NCBI GenBank assembly: GCA_951406725.2
Contig: OX597818.1
Coordinates: 55,304,001 to 55,368,000, forward strand
DNA: 64,000 nucleotides
Source: Octopus vulgaris
Lineage: Eukaryota
Direction of reading: 5' to 3'
Below, in pieces: positions 39,965 through 54,854 of the stretch. The notes under the pieces are model-generated. The model was not told the origin of the DNA, made no database searches, and saw nothing but the letters and a program-made list of their open reading frames with translations. The number at the start of each line of letters is the position of its first letter. Position 1 is the stretch's first letter. The position numbers and the translations under genes were made by a program.

Positions 39965-39999
<35 letters not shown>

Positions 40000-40457
40000 T
40001 CTTTTACTTGTTTCAGTCATTTGACTGCGGCCATGCTAGAGCACCGCCTTTAGTCGAGCAAATCGAGCCCAGGACTTATTCTTTGTAAGCCTAGTACTTA
40101 TTCTATCGGTCTCTTTTGCCGAACCGCTATATTATGGAGACGTAAACACACCAGGACACACAAAAACTACATATATACACGTACACATACATATATGTAC
40201 GACAGGCTTCTTTCGGTTTCCGTCTACCAAATCCACTCACAAGGTTTTGGTCGGCCCTAGGCTATAGGAGAAGACACTTGCCCAAGGAGCCACGCAGTGG
40301 GACCGAACCGAGAACCATATGGTTCGTATGCAAGCTACTTACCACACAGCCACTTAGATATATATATATACGTGTGTGTGTGTGCATATTCACTTATATG
40401 TGTGAATATATATAGATATCTATCACTCACGCATATCCTATATGCATGCGTGTGTGA

Positions 40458-40506
<49 letters not shown>

Positions 40507-41139
40507 ATATATGTTTGTGTGTGTATAATTAGTTTTGTTGTAAGTACTGTAAAATTCAGTTTCTTTCTAGAATCTGCTAGAAACAATAGCTGACAGATTC
40601 TCCCAAGCAAGCAAACAGCCATTGCTTGCTACTACTAACTATGGTTTTAACATCTACCATCATCACCATCATCGCTTATCCAGTATCGGGGCCAGCCGTC
40701 ACCACCACCATCCAGTATCAGGGCCGCCAAACATCTCCACCGCCACCGCCACCTTCTACATTTACACAGTAAATGGCAAGAGACAAGAGAGGGGGATGGA
40801 GGGAGAGAGAGACCAGAGACAGTGAGAGATACAAACCTGTTGCTTGTACTTGTAATGATATAAGCTGTGTAGCGTGCGTAGCCGAGATATTTTGAAGGCT
40901 GCTTCTCGTAACCTCCTTCGCTTCTGTCCCTTTTACAACATTTAGTGTATAATATCTGGTGGGTGAGGATGAGAGGAGAGGTGAGGTGGTGTGGCATGTA
41001 AGGGGACCGACCGGATGTACCATAACTTTCACCAATGTGTCATGTATGTGTGTGTGTGCGTGTATCCCTGTCCCGTCTGCTTAACACTTATTTGATGTAT
41101 GTGTGTATGAGTGTGTGTGTGTGTGTGTTTATTATATAC

Positions 41140-41335
41140 GAGAGAGAGGGCTTTCTTGTAGTAAGGACGAGAGAAAGAGCATACGAGAGAGACAGAGAGG
41201 GCTTTCTTGTAGTAAGGTCGAGAGAAAGGGCACACGAGATGGAGAGAGAGGGATTTCTTGTAGTAAGGACGAGAGAAAAAGCATACGAGAGAGACAGAGA
41301 GGGCTTTCTTGTAGTAAGGACGAGAGAAAGAGCAA
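41140..41335. repeat. 51-bp minisatellite, 4 copies
   Basis: (C/A)TTTCTTGTAGTAAGG recurs at 41151, 41202, 41253 and 41304. Confidence 0.9.
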
Positions 41336-42477
41336 ACGTGTGTGTTTAAATATGTGTGTATACGCTCACAACGTACAATATACGTAGTCTGTCGAGCTTA
41401 GCAGTTTTACCTTCGTTTCGACAGGCCCCAGATCCTCAAACATATACCCAAACACAGGCCGAATCAACTAAAATATTATCCAACTAGTCGCTTGACCCTA
41501 CAAGAAAGAAGAAACAGCAGTCGAGAGTCTTCCATGCATTTTAAAATCTTGTTTCGTTCAGCATTGGCAGCCATTTTCGTGAAGCGGGCCGCAAGAGACA
41601 TGACTCGTCTTCAGGCAGTACCGCATTATTACTAAAAAAAATAATGAATTCAAAGTTTATTTTTTCGTCGGCATGTTATTCAGAAAGTCTCGCGAGCCAC
41701 ACAGTTTATTTATCCCTAACTTCGAAGATATTAAGATTTGATGTTTACAACTAAGAACGTTTTTCTGGTTGCCTATGACTGACTGACCTGGAGCTAAACA
41801 TAAGATTCGCTTAAAGAATGCATTTGGCTGACGAGCTCTCATATACGGCTTGAAACGATAGAAATATTTATTATTGCATTTGGACTGACGGAGAGCTTTT
41901 TGACTGTGATGATTCGCAGCCTTCTGTTACAGTGTCACCATACTCTTGTGCGGCAGGAGTGGCTGTATGGTAATTAACTTGCTTACCAATCACATGGTTC
42001 TGGGTTCAGTCCCACTGCGTGGCACCTTGGGCTAAATGTCTTCTACTATAGCCTCGGGTCGACCAAAGCCTTGTGAGTGGATTTGGTAGACGGAAACTGA
42101 AAGAAGCCCGTCGTATGTATGTGTTTGTGTATCTGTGTTATCCCCCCCCCCCCCCAACATCGCTTAACCGATGCTGGTGTGTTTACATCCCCGTAACTTA
42201 GCGGTTCGGCAAAAGATGCCAATAGAATAAGTACTAGGCTTACAACGAATAAGTGCTGGGGTCGATTTGCTCGACTAAAAGGCGGTGTTCCAGCATGGTC
42301 GCAGTCACATGACTGAAACAAAGTAAAAGAGTATTGTCTATGCCGTCTGAACTTTTAATTTTCGCGACCATTATGTGTGCATATATCGAAAGAATACTCT
42401 GTTTTTAAATCATACGTAAGTCAAAAGAGCGGGTTCAGAGATCAAATACGGCGAATTCGGTCGGTAACATGTCAATT

Positions 42478-42553
<76 letters not shown>

Positions 42554-43376
42554 GAAACACCTTTTCATCCAAACACCCGTTTCCCGCTCTCAATCAACAC
42601 AATCCTTTCCTGTTACGTCGACTGACCTTGCATTTTATCATTCATTTCGTTACCCACTCATCTCTCTCTCCCTCTCTTTCTCAATTCTATGTTATCTTTT
42701 TTATGTAATTTGCGTGTTTAGTTAAATGCGGTTTTGGGTGATTCAATCCCACTGCGCGTTGCCTAGGGTACGTACATGCCTTCTTCTGTAGCCCCAGGCC
42801 GACTAAATGCCTCTGCGACCGAATTTCTTAAGTGGAAACCGTGTGGAAGCCTTTCGAGAGAAAGAGATTAAAGGCCCAGTGTCTGTTACGCATCTAATTT
42901 CAACAGGAGATATTTTCTTAATTATGTAGCAGTCTAATTGTTGTTGGCGGTGGTGACGGGGTGATGTAGTGCTGGTGGCGGTGGGGTAACAACCTAAAAA
43001 ATGGTTACGTGATAATTACACCCGAGTAATTACAAATTTGGTGGGGTATTTTCAGTTATTCATTTAAAATGCTTTTTTCATTCTCATATAAGTTCAGTTT
43101 GTTTGAGATCGAGGCTGTAGAGTAACGGTTTTTAGTCGGGGTTTCATATGAGTCTTGGGAGTCCAGATAAGATTTTACTTGCGGGCTTTAAGGGTCCCAC
43201 CTGTGTAAAATATGAATAAAAAGGGTTCAAGGTGGGAAAATGGTTAAGAAGTACTGCTACAGAGTGAAAAATATGTTTGACCCAGTGGTATGTAAGGACT
43301 AATTAATGATGAAGGGGATAATTTATTTGTTACGTATTTGACGGTGGAAGAAGAGCTCACACAAGATGGAGAGAAG

Positions 43377-43412
43377 TTCTGACGTTTCGGACGCTAGCCC
43401 TTCATCAGAAGA
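43377..43412 (-). ncRNA. Minimal hammerhead core with weak stem I
   Basis: CUGAUGA-A-GGGC-uagc-GUCC-GAA-ACGU-C: intact core and GUC site, but only about 2 bp of stem I. Confidence 0.5.
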
Positions 43413-43680
43413 GCGACAAAAAAGGAAAGAATATAGAGAATTGATTAGAAAAGGTGGTTCGCGTTTAGAAGGGCACCCAACCGTAGAAACCGTGCCAAAG
43501 CGGGGGGGTTAGATTTTGTCGATGCGCCCGACATGTGCCAGCGCAGAAAGCGGTGTGACTGTGTGGTAAGAAGCTTGTTTCCAAACTATATAGTTCCAGG
43601 TTCAGTCCCACCTAAGGCAAATGTTTTCTACAATAGTCTCGGACCGAAATCTTTGGTATACGAAAACTGAAAGATACCCG

Positions 43681-43821
<141 letters not shown>

Positions 43822-44570
43822 TATACACATACACACACGCACACATATATATGTGTGTGTTTCTGTGTACGTCCCATAACTTAGCGGTTCGGCAAAAGCG
43901 ACCGATAGAACCAGTGCCAGACTTTAAAACTAATAAGTTCTGGAGTTGATTCATTCGACTAAAAACTCTCGGTGGTACACTCCAGCATGGCCATATAGTC
44001 AAATGGCTAAAATCATGTGTAAAAGATACCACAACCACGCATTCTCTCCTCTGTCTCTATACACGCATGCGTACACGTACTGTTTCACAATTGCGCGCAT
44101 ACACACGCACGTGTATAACGGTCTTGGTGGCTGGTGTGTCTGTTGGTTATTTTGTGATTTCTAGGGGTTTTTTTTGTATTTGAACGGAACACATCTTCGT
44201 CTGTGTTGTTTGTTGTGTATGTTTCTTTCGTTTGAGAAAGGAGACACAATGAATCCTGTGTTGCGTCGCCATTAAAACACAAACTTTCAACCCACCCACC
44301 CCACCCCACTCCCCCATCATTCACACAGTAACGCGCTTCAATTTAGCCATATGCACCTTACACAAACAACACACGCACTTGTAAACAACAATAAACTACT
44401 ACTACTACTGCTGCTGCTGCTGCTACCCGTGTTTGTACTTTTGTTCCCCGCCCTCGCATCTTATCTCTGGTTCTGGTTAAACAATTGTTTGTTGTTAAAT
44501 GTATGTGTATATATGTGTATTATAAATGTATGTATATATATATATATGCCACTTATAAACAATGGTAAAA

Positions 44571-44626
<56 letters not shown>

Positions 44627-45645
44627 CAGTGGAGGCGCAATGGCCCAGTGGTTAGGGTAGCGGAAATCGTAAGTCGTAGGATCGCGGTTTCGATTCCCAG
44701 AGTTGTGAGTGTTTTGTTTATTGAGCGAAAACACTTAAAGCTCCACGACGCTCCAGTAGGGCTGGTGGTGGCGAACCCTGAAAGCTCCACAAGGCTCCGG
44801 TAGGAGTGGTGGTGGTGGTGGCGGCGAACCCTGAAAGCACCACTCCTTCACCACAAAAATATAAAGTTTTTAAACGTCAAATGGTTATTAGGGTCCAAAA
44901 GGGGGTCCATACGCAAACGAACCACTGATTTAAACAACATAGATTGGAGTGCATATATGACATATACTTGAAATCTCACACACACCTAATTATGTCAGTT
45001 GTGTGATTATTTCATCATCACTAAATTGGGTGAAGTCATAGAAATAACAGGACATATAGGGTCGTAGTAGTAGTAGTTGTTGTTGGTGGTGGTGATACAT
45101 TTTTGGTGACTAAAACACCCGGGTAAATGACAAATATGCTAAGCGTGCGTTTGTGATAAAATCCATTCGCGCCTCCGGTGGAATTTCAGAAACGATATAT
45201 TTAGGTTTTCAAAATTAGACTCGATGTCAGTTTTTCCGTAGTGGACTTTGCATTATCATTCCTGGCACCTATCCCCTAAAGCGAAGAATTCGAACACCAC
45301 ATGCATACAGGCAATTATATGGAATTGAAAGCTTTACCAAAGTTCCGCAATACCATCTATCAGACATGACTTTTCTGTCAATTCAGTAAAGAAAGAAACG
45401 GCCCCTTACAGTAATAAAGAACTGCATACAGTATTAGTTGGTCTCGCATATTGTAGCCCTTAATCTGTATATATAGGCAACGCACACGCGCTTCTTTCAG
45501 TTTCCGTTTACCAAGTCCACTCAATGTTTCGGCCAGCTTCGGGCTTCAGTACAAGACACTTGTCTAAGGTATCATGCAGTGGGATTGAACCCAGAACCCC
45601 TGTGGTTGGAAAGCAGACTTTTTAAACACTCAACCATGCTTGCGC

Positions 45646-45679
<34 letters not shown>

Positions 45680-48230
45680 GCTGTTACATCGGAAGACTAT
45701 TTCGTTTGTACACAACATCAATGCCTTAAGTTGTACCCCACCCACAAGAGAGAGACTTTCTTTAATTGTAGTTTTATATCAGGCGGGGGTGGGCGAAACC
45801 CGGGGTTTTTCCCCCCCTTTATTTCTTCCTTATTCTTATGTCACAATATATTGCATGTGAGAGATCTCAACCTACCAGGCTCACCTCTCTTTTTACATAC
45901 ACACACAAGTAATGTTTTAATCTAGGGTACGTCTCGAATTCACATCTCAAGCGCCTTCATTTCCCGCCTGTGTGTGTGTGTGCGTGTGTGATTGTATATA
46001 TGTGTACACACACACACACTCAACTAATTTAAGTATTTTAATAAGCTCTCCATATTTACTAAAATACTTAAGTTAATTATTTTTGGGTTGATCTTATCAA
46101 CCTCCCACACACACACATATATATACACAGCGTATAAATACACAGGCACACACACGTTTGTGTGTGTGTGTGTGTGAAGATTCGTGTCCTAATGTGGTTA
46201 GTGCTTTTAATGCCGCGTGTTCCATCCGTAGACCGAGCAGCACATTCTGTCTGTCCTTGAACAAAGCACTTCATTCAACGTTTCACATTTGACTGTGGCC
46301 ATGCTGAAGCACCGCTATTAGTCGAGCTAATCGACCCCAGGACTTATTCTTTGTAAGCCTAGTACTTATTATATCGATCTCCTCTGCCGAACCGCGTTAA
46401 TTTACGGGGACGTAAACACACCAGCATCGGTTGTCAAGCGATGTTGGGGGGACAAACACAGACACAAAAACATACACACACATATACATATATAAGACGG
46501 GCTTCTTTCAGTTTCCGCCTACCAAATCCACCCACAAGGGTTTAGTCGGCCCGAGGCTAGAGTAGAAGAAACTTGCCCAAGGTGTCACGCAGTGGGACTG
46601 AACCCTGAACCATGCGGTTCGTAAGCAAAGCTACTTACCACACAGCCACTCCTGCGCCTACTTACCACACAGCCACTCAAACATTTGGAAATATTGGAAA
46701 CACTTTTTTTTATCGATCTGTGAGTGAGAGAAAGAGGTGGGGAGATTGCTGTGGCTGGGAGAGAGAGAGGGGGGGATTGCTTAACTGGAGTTGTGTCCGC
46801 CATTTTCAACAATATGGTCGTAGTAGATGGCGGCCATTGTTGCTTGTTGATTTTCCAACGGGTTTAAAAGAGTTTCTGTTTTGTCAAAAAAATTTGAACA
46901 ATATTTCCAAGTTGGCACGTGTTGAAGGTTTCTCATTTGCGGTACTCGGTGCTGGGTTATCGAATTTGTTATTTTATTGTGTTAGTCATCCGCAGCAGCA
47001 TCCGTTGCCACCACCATCAGCAACATCTCCATTATCATCATCGTCATCATCATCATTATAAATAACTATCATCGTTACAGAAATTACAAACGTTACCAGT
47101 ATTTGAATAGCTACGGTCGTCGTGTTTTGCTCATCAAATTAGTCACTGCAAGCACACCACCCATAGCTTTCTCTCCAATTCTTCCGCCTCTTCTCAATAC
47201 CACAAGTCCCACAACCCTCCTTCTCCACCTAACACACACACACACACACACACGCACGTACGCACCCACAGATTAGCTATTAGAATAAATGTTCATTTGT
47301 GGCGAAACATTAAAAACTTCGACTGAACTTTTGGTGGACACGTGTAAAGTGAAAGTTTTCCCGGTTGCCTGAAAATTAACGGACACACAACATTCATTAT
47401 TCACATTGTTCTTGTTCTTGTTGATGATGATGATGATGAGGCGGTGAGCTAGCAGAAACTTTAGCACACCAGGCAGTATTTCGTCTGCCGTTACGTTCTG
47501 AGTTCAAATTCTGCCGAGGTCGATTTTGCCTTTCATCCTTTCGGGGTCGATAAATTAAGTACCAGTTACGCACTGGGGTCGTTGTAATCGACTTAGTCCG
47601 TTTGTCTGTCTTTGTTTGTCCCTTCTGTGTGTAGCCCCTTGTGGGTAGTAAAGAAATAGGTATCTCGTCCGTCTTTACGTTCTAGGTTCGAATTCCACCG
47701 AGGCCGACTTTGCCTTTCGTCTTTTCGGGGCTCAATGAAATAAATATCAGTTGAGCCCTGGGGCTTCGATGTAATCGACTGTACCCCCTTGCCTAAACTT
47801 TCAAGCCTAGTGCCTTATAATAGAAAGAAATATCACTATTGCTGTTGTTAAAGGCTGCCAGAATCTTCAGAGTTTTAGAAAAGATGCAGCGTGTTTCCAA
47901 CTCCTTACATTCTGACTTTAAATCCCATTTTGAGGTAGTGTTGTAGATGAATGACGTCATCTACCAATATCAAAGGATTGTCTGAATCCCGTCATGGCCA
48001 CCCTGGACGGGCTATGGTTGCTTAATAAAATATATCTTCTGTTTTTTGTAAGATGATGTACGAAATACGATTTGAGGGAGATTAGTCTACCATTTCTCGC
48101 AACTCTAGTGACCGAGTAGAAAATTTCCTCATTGTCACATTGTTCTTCTTTTATCTGTGTGTCTTGTCATTCAGTGAAGTTTAAAATGGGACTAAAGTTA
48201 GCTAATTTACCTTTAAACTTTTATTTAATA

Positions 48231-48621
48231 CTAGCAGTATCGCCCGGCGTTGCTCGGGTTTGTAAGGGAAATAACTATATAAGCATTTTTAGAGAGTTAT
48301 AGCCAAAAAATTGCATTAAAAATGGGGGAAAAAATGATGGTAAATTTTTTTTTAAATCGTTGACTCATCGTAGACATTTTTAGAGAGTTACTTCCCTTAT
48401 ATAATAGCGAAAAAAATGCATTAAAATGGGAAAAAATGATGGTAATTTTTTTTTTAAATCGTAGACTCATCGTAGACGCACGCTAATACCCAGAAGGGCT
48501 CAATATGAATCACGACTATAAGATACCCGGTTTTGGTTAAACTGCACCGCAAAATGTGGGAGTAGTTAGGAATCTAAATCGTAGGAGACACAGCACACAA
48601 CCTCACTTTTATATATAAAGA
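48231..48621 (-). mobile_element. Non-autonomous Helitron
   Basis: Minus strand starts TC(TTTATATATAAAAG), ends CTAG, has a subterminal GC hairpin CCCGAGCAACGCCGGG, sits between A and T with no TSD, and carries an internal tandem duplication. Confidence 0.85.
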
Positions 48622-49054
48622 TAACTCCCCCCTCTCTCCATCTCTCATGTGTCTGTCTGTCTCGCTCTGTCATTCATATATCTATCCTTCTAATATACAC
48701 GAGCGCGCCTTTCACCGTTTCTTACTCGTGAAAACAGAACGTGACGCAGTTTTTGTTGGTTTAAAATTTATTAAAACCGCCTACCACCGTGTATATTTTA
48801 CACACATACTTTCACACACACATACTCTCAGGAATGTGTCATAATACACACTTTAGCATCATAAACTATGTAATTGTGTGCATGTATGTTTGTGTGGTTC
48901 TGCTGTGCTTTATAATGTTAACTTGAGACTCGGCAATAAAAATACTTCTGTAATTTCGTTTTTTCACGTTTTAGCTTTTGGACAGAGATTTTTTCTTATA
49001 CATTATATTATACACACACACATTTTCTTAGAACATAAAAGAAAAAACAATGTG

Positions 49055-49112
<58 letters not shown>

Positions 49113-49776
49113 CGTGGGAGTGGCTGTGTGGTAAGTAGCTTGCTTACGAACCACATGGTTCCGTGTTCAGTCCTATTGCGTGGCACCTTGGGCAAGTGTC
49201 TGCTACTATAACCTCGGGCCGACCAAAGCCTTGTGAGTGGATTTGGTAGGCGGAAACTGAAAGAAGCCCGTCGTATATATGAATATATATATGTGTGTTT
49301 GTCCCCGTAGCGTAGCGGTTCGGCAAAAGAGGACCGATAGAATAAGTACTAAGGCTTACAAAAAAGAATAAGTCCTGGGGTCGATTTGCTCGACTAAATA
49401 AAGGCGGTTACTCCAGCACGGCCGCAGTCAAATGACCTGAAACAAGTAAAAGAGAGAGAAAGACTATATATCACACACACACACACACACACACGCATTC
49501 TATTCTTCTCAACTCGTTTCAAAATTCTTTCATTCATAAAGTCTTTCAAACCTTATTTTTTTTTTACAGTCGTCGACTCTCTTACATTATTTCATGAAAA
49601 CAACTTCTGTCAGCTTGACACAGGCTACTCCTTCCTCCCCCTCCCACTTAATAATCTCTCTCTTATATCGCGACCTGTTTTTCTCCCCTTCCTCCCTCTC
49701 TCTCTCTTCCTCTTTCTCCTCCTGTCACTCTTCTCCCTCTCCTTCTTTCTTTTACATTTTCTCTATTATAAACTCA

Positions 49777-49813
<37 letters not shown>

Positions 49814-49829
49814 TATCTGTTTCTCTTAA

Positions 49830-49881
<52 letters not shown>

Positions 49882-52309
49882 TCTCAAAACAGTGTTATTG
49901 CCCTTTTTGCATCGCTACGTTCTGAGTTCAAATTCCTCCGAGGTTGACTTTGCATTTTATTTTTTTCGGGTCGATAAATTGAAGCAAGTACCAGCGAAAT
50001 ACTGGGGTCGACTCATCCCCTCCCCACAAATTTCAGGCCTTGTGCATTTAGTACTAAAGGATCATCATCATCATCATCTAAGGCAGTGAGCTGGCAGAAT
50101 CGTTAACACGTTGAGTAAAATGCTTGGCGACATTACGTCTGTCTTTGCGTTCCAGGTTCAAATTCCGCCGGACACGTTTCAGTCATTTGACTGCGGCCAT
50201 GCTGGAGCACCACCTTTATTTAGTCGAGCAAATCGATCCCACGACTTATTCTTTTTTGTAAGCCTAGTACTTATTCTATCGGTCCTCTTTTGCCGAACCG
50301 CTAAGTTACGGGGACGTAAACACACCAGCATCGGTTGTCAAGCGGATGGCGGGAAGGGGAGAGGGCAAACACAGGCAGAAAGACACACACACACACACAA
50401 ATTTATATATACATATATATGTGTGGAGGAGTGGCTATGTGGTAAAAAGCTTGCTTCCCAACCACATGGTTCCGAGTTCAGCACCTTACGCAAGGGTCTT
50501 CAACCCTAGCGTCAGGCCGACCAAAGACTCGAGTGGATTTGGGAGGCGGAGACCATGAAATCAGTCGCAAGCTCACACCAAACTCAGGCCACCCGCATAC
50601 ATACTGTGTCCTCTCTCTGCCTTTTCTACCGTTACTATAGTGGCCACTGCTCATCGAAACTGACTGATCATGGTGAGGTTTTCCATCCCACCCCACTCGG
50701 TCCAGCACTGACCACTGTACCCAATCCCTTCTCTCCCACAACATCGATTTCTGGAAACCTCTCCTTACACATTTTCTCCTGCTTGTAGTCTTCTATTAAA
50801 GAATGCTATGTGCGCCATCCTTCCTGCAGACGAACCAATATAGTAGTAGTAGTAGTAGTAGTAATAATGGCATAAAATTTAGTCACAATGCCAGCAATTT
50901 TTAAGGAGGGGCTAAGTCGATTACATCGACCCTAGTACATAACTGGTACTTTTTTATCGACCTCGGCGGAATTTGAACTCAGAACCTAGCGGCAAACGAA
51001 ATACCCATTTCTTTACTACCCACGAGGGGCTAAACACAGAGGGGACAAACAAGGACAGACAAACGGATTAAGTCGATTATATCGACCCCAGTGCGTAACT
51101 GGTACTTATTTAATCGACCCCGAAAGGATGAGAGGCAAAGTCGACCTTGGCGGAATTTGAACTCAGAACGTAACGGCAGACGAAATACCTCTCAGCATTT
51201 CGTCCAGCGTGCTAACGATTCTGCCAAGTACGTCTTAGCCTTAATAATAATAATAATAATTTTGGCGCCATAAGTTTGTGGAGAAGGAGGAAAGTCGATT
51301 ACTTCGACTCTAGTATTTGACTTGGTCCCTTTATTTTATTGACCCCGGAAGGATGAAAGATAAAGGCTGGCCTCGGCGGGATTTGAACTCTGAATGTAAA
51401 GAGCCGGAACAAATAACAAAAACAAATCCATTTTTGTCCGAGGTTTAACGATTATGCCAGCTCACCCCACCACCACCACCGCCTTAATCATAATAACAAA
51501 CTTAGAAGGAGCTTGCGTGTGTGTGTAGGTTCTTCCTCTCCCCAAAAACCTTGTAGTCCATTCACTGACCCGTGTCTCAGCGATGTTGGGATGAAAGTTG
51601 AATGGGGGAGAAAGACTCCTTGCTGTTTTATATGGAACATTTATTTATTAAAAGAAAAAAATAGTAAAAGGCTAAATGAATGAAGGGGGCGTGTCTATTC
51701 GCTCCGCCTTCTACCATATATGGCACTGAGATTTTTTCTTTTATATTCTTTGTCTTACGCTGTGTTTTTTTTTCATTTATTTATTTCTTTCCATTTCCTA
51801 GTCCGTGGGGTCGAAAGATGAATGGAGGGGCGTCACTTGGAGTAAAATAAAAATGACAGTCGTTCGCTGTGTTCTCTTTATCTTTTTACATGTGTGTCAA
51901 TGAACAAGTGGCTTGCTCTCTCATTCACTCCCTCTCATAGCCTAACTACGACTACTCCCCATCTTCCTCTCTCTCTATTACACATTACATATATATTTAT
52001 GTCACTCTCCTCCTCTCTCTCTGCTCCTAAGATTGACAACTACGTTCCTTTCTATTCGCACCCATTCAACTTATAAACGCTGGCTTTATATACACTCTCC
52101 TCACCATCCACCCGTCGCCACCATCTTCTTCCCTCTCTCTCTAACTAACCTACTTTCCGCAGTAAAAAAAGTGTGTGTGTGTAATAATGTGATGTATCAT
52201 TTGGTTGTTGTGTATATATGTTCATATACACTCTCACATACACACGTCTATCTACACAGACGTACGTACACACATCACACCTACACAGATGTACATATGC
52301 GCACGCGCG

Positions 52310-52520
52310 CGTATATGCGTATGTATGTATGTATATATGTAATGTATATTATGTGTATGTGTATATATGTATATACAATATGTATGTATATATATATATG
52401 ATATAATATATATGTGTATATATGTATATACAATATGTATGTATATGATATATATATATATATGTGTGTGTGTATATATATATATATATGTGTGTGTGTA
52501 TATATATATACATATATATA

Positions 52521-52591
<71 letters not shown>

Positions 52592-53093
52592 ATATATATG
52601 TGTGTGTATATATATATATAGATATATTCAAATACTTGTGAGCGCATTTAGTGTGTTTATTCACTGGTGTTGCTTTGTTTACGTCCCCCATAACTTTAGC
52701 AGCTCAGCGAATGAGAAAGAGATAGTACCAAGAGTCCCTCTGTTCGATTTATTCGACTAAAACTCTTCAAGGCGGTGCTCCAGTATGGCCGCAGTTCAAT
52801 TGACTGGAAACAAGTACAGGATAAAAAATATGATTATAAGCACACACTCGATCGAAGAAGATGTGTTATTATTATATAACTGTTTGAATCTTTGTTAAGA
52901 AACGTACGCATATATATATAAATATGTACAGGCGCAGGAGTGGCTGTGTGGTAAGTAGCTTGCTAACCAACCACATGGTTCTGGGTTCAGTCCCACTGCG
53001 TGGCATCTTGGGCAAGTGTCTTATTACTGTAGCCCGGGCCGACCAATGCCTTGTGAGTGGATTTGGTAGACGGAAACTGAAAGAAACCTGTCG

Positions 53094-53124
<31 letters not shown>

Positions 53125-53401
53125 ATATATATATATGTGTGTGTGTGTATATATATATATGTGTGTGTGTGTGTATATATATATATGTGTGTGTATATAT
53201 ATTGTGTGTGTGTGTGTTTTGTTGTGTGTGTGTGTGTATATATATATGTGTGTGTGTGTGTTATATATTGTGTGTGTGTGTTTTTGTGTGTGTGTGTGTA
53301 TATATATTATATTGTGTGTGTGTGTATATACCATTGTGTGTGTGTGTATATATATATATGTGTGTGTGTATATATATATGTGTGTGTGTGTGTGTGTTTT
53401 T

Positions 53402-53448
<47 letters not shown>

Positions 53449-53545
53449 TTTTTTGTGTGTGTGTGTGTATATATATATATGTGTGTGTGTGTATATATAT
53501 ATGTGTGTGTGTGTATATATATATGTGTGTGTGTGTGTATATATA

Positions 53546-53576
<31 letters not shown>

Positions 53577-53639
53577 GTGTGTGTGGTGTGTGTGTATATA
53601 ATATATGTGTGTGTGTATATATATATATATATGTGTGTG

Positions 53640-53670
<31 letters not shown>

Positions 53671-53906
53671 ATGGGTCGATAAATAAGTACCAGTTGCGCA
53701 CTGGGGTCGATATAATCGACTTAATCCGTATGTTACTTGACTTACAGACACTATTTATTCATTTACTTCTATCTACATCTACTTTGCCCACTTGATTGTA
53801 AAGATCATAGCAAAATCGTTGGCTTACTCTGTCGAAATCTCATAGTTAATATTTTCATCTTCCTGATTAACAAGATATAAATAAAAAGGCTTAGCTGTTA
53901 ACAATA

Positions 53907-53965
<59 letters not shown>

Positions 53966-53976
53966 GTGTGTGTGTG

Positions 53977-54021
<45 letters not shown>

Positions 54022-54035
54022 GTGTGTGTGTGTAT
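52310..54035. repeat. Long compound (TA)/(TG) microsatellite fields with embedded SINE fragments
   Basis: Direct reading. These fields are the source of the long CV/YI ORFs. Confidence 0.9.
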
Positions 54036-54610
54036 ATAAATACTTTAACTGTCGTGTGTAAGTGTACCACCAATGTGAAGTGTGTGTGTGTGTATAACTG
54101 CACTGCCAGTTGTATGTTTAATTGAAAAGTTGTTTATATTGTTCTTGCGGCTTAAATGTATGACTACGTGAGCTACTCTAAGTTTCATGGTCGAGTATAG
54201 TACACGGCACGTTATGTAAGTTGGACATGAAACTTATAATAGTAGCTCACATTTACATTCAGTGTTTACTAAATTATTATACACACACACACATACACAC
54301 TGTTGTTCGTGTTACATGTTTCTTCTTGTTTCATTGAGGAAAAAAAAACCCTGTCTGCGTTTAATCAGGCGTGCAGTTGGCGGGCCATTGTCACGCATAC
54401 ACATCTACATTCCTACCAACCAACTTTTGACGTAATGCCAGCTAACCTAAATATCCACCAGTCATTTGCTGTTTCATTTATTGCTGTAAATACAATGGCT
54501 GTGGGTTCTAGTCCGCGTTAAATATTCCACTGAACTTCCTTTCTCCTCACACACACACACACACACACACACACCTTTTTATTCACATTTCAAATCACCA
54601 CGACCGCAGC

Positions 54611-54650
<40 letters not shown>

Positions 54651-54854
54651 TCGAGTTGACTGCTAGAAATTGCAGCCAGATTTACTCAAAAAGCACACCC
54701 CCCAACGCAGTTATTCCTTACAGTTTTCTAGGCCTTTCATTCTTAAACGAAAATTATTTTATCGACCCAGAAAGAATAAAAAGGCAAAGTTGAACTCTGC
54801 TGGAAATGTCGCTAAGCATGATCAGCGTGCTAACGATTCGGCCAACGTGCCACC

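Noticed and set aside
41140-41335. Regularly spaced repeat resembling a CRISPR array
   Set aside because: The spacers are themselves near-identical (plain 51-bp minisatellite), the context is eukaryotic and there are no cas genes.
47952-47959. Full CRE palindrome TGACGTCA
   Set aside because: About one 8-mer match is expected by chance in 64 kb, and there is no supporting context.
52252-53795. Long ORFs of 130-254 aa (CVCVYIY/HTHTYI)
   Set aside because: Translations of (TG)/(TA) microsatellite, open on both strands, with no protein complexity.
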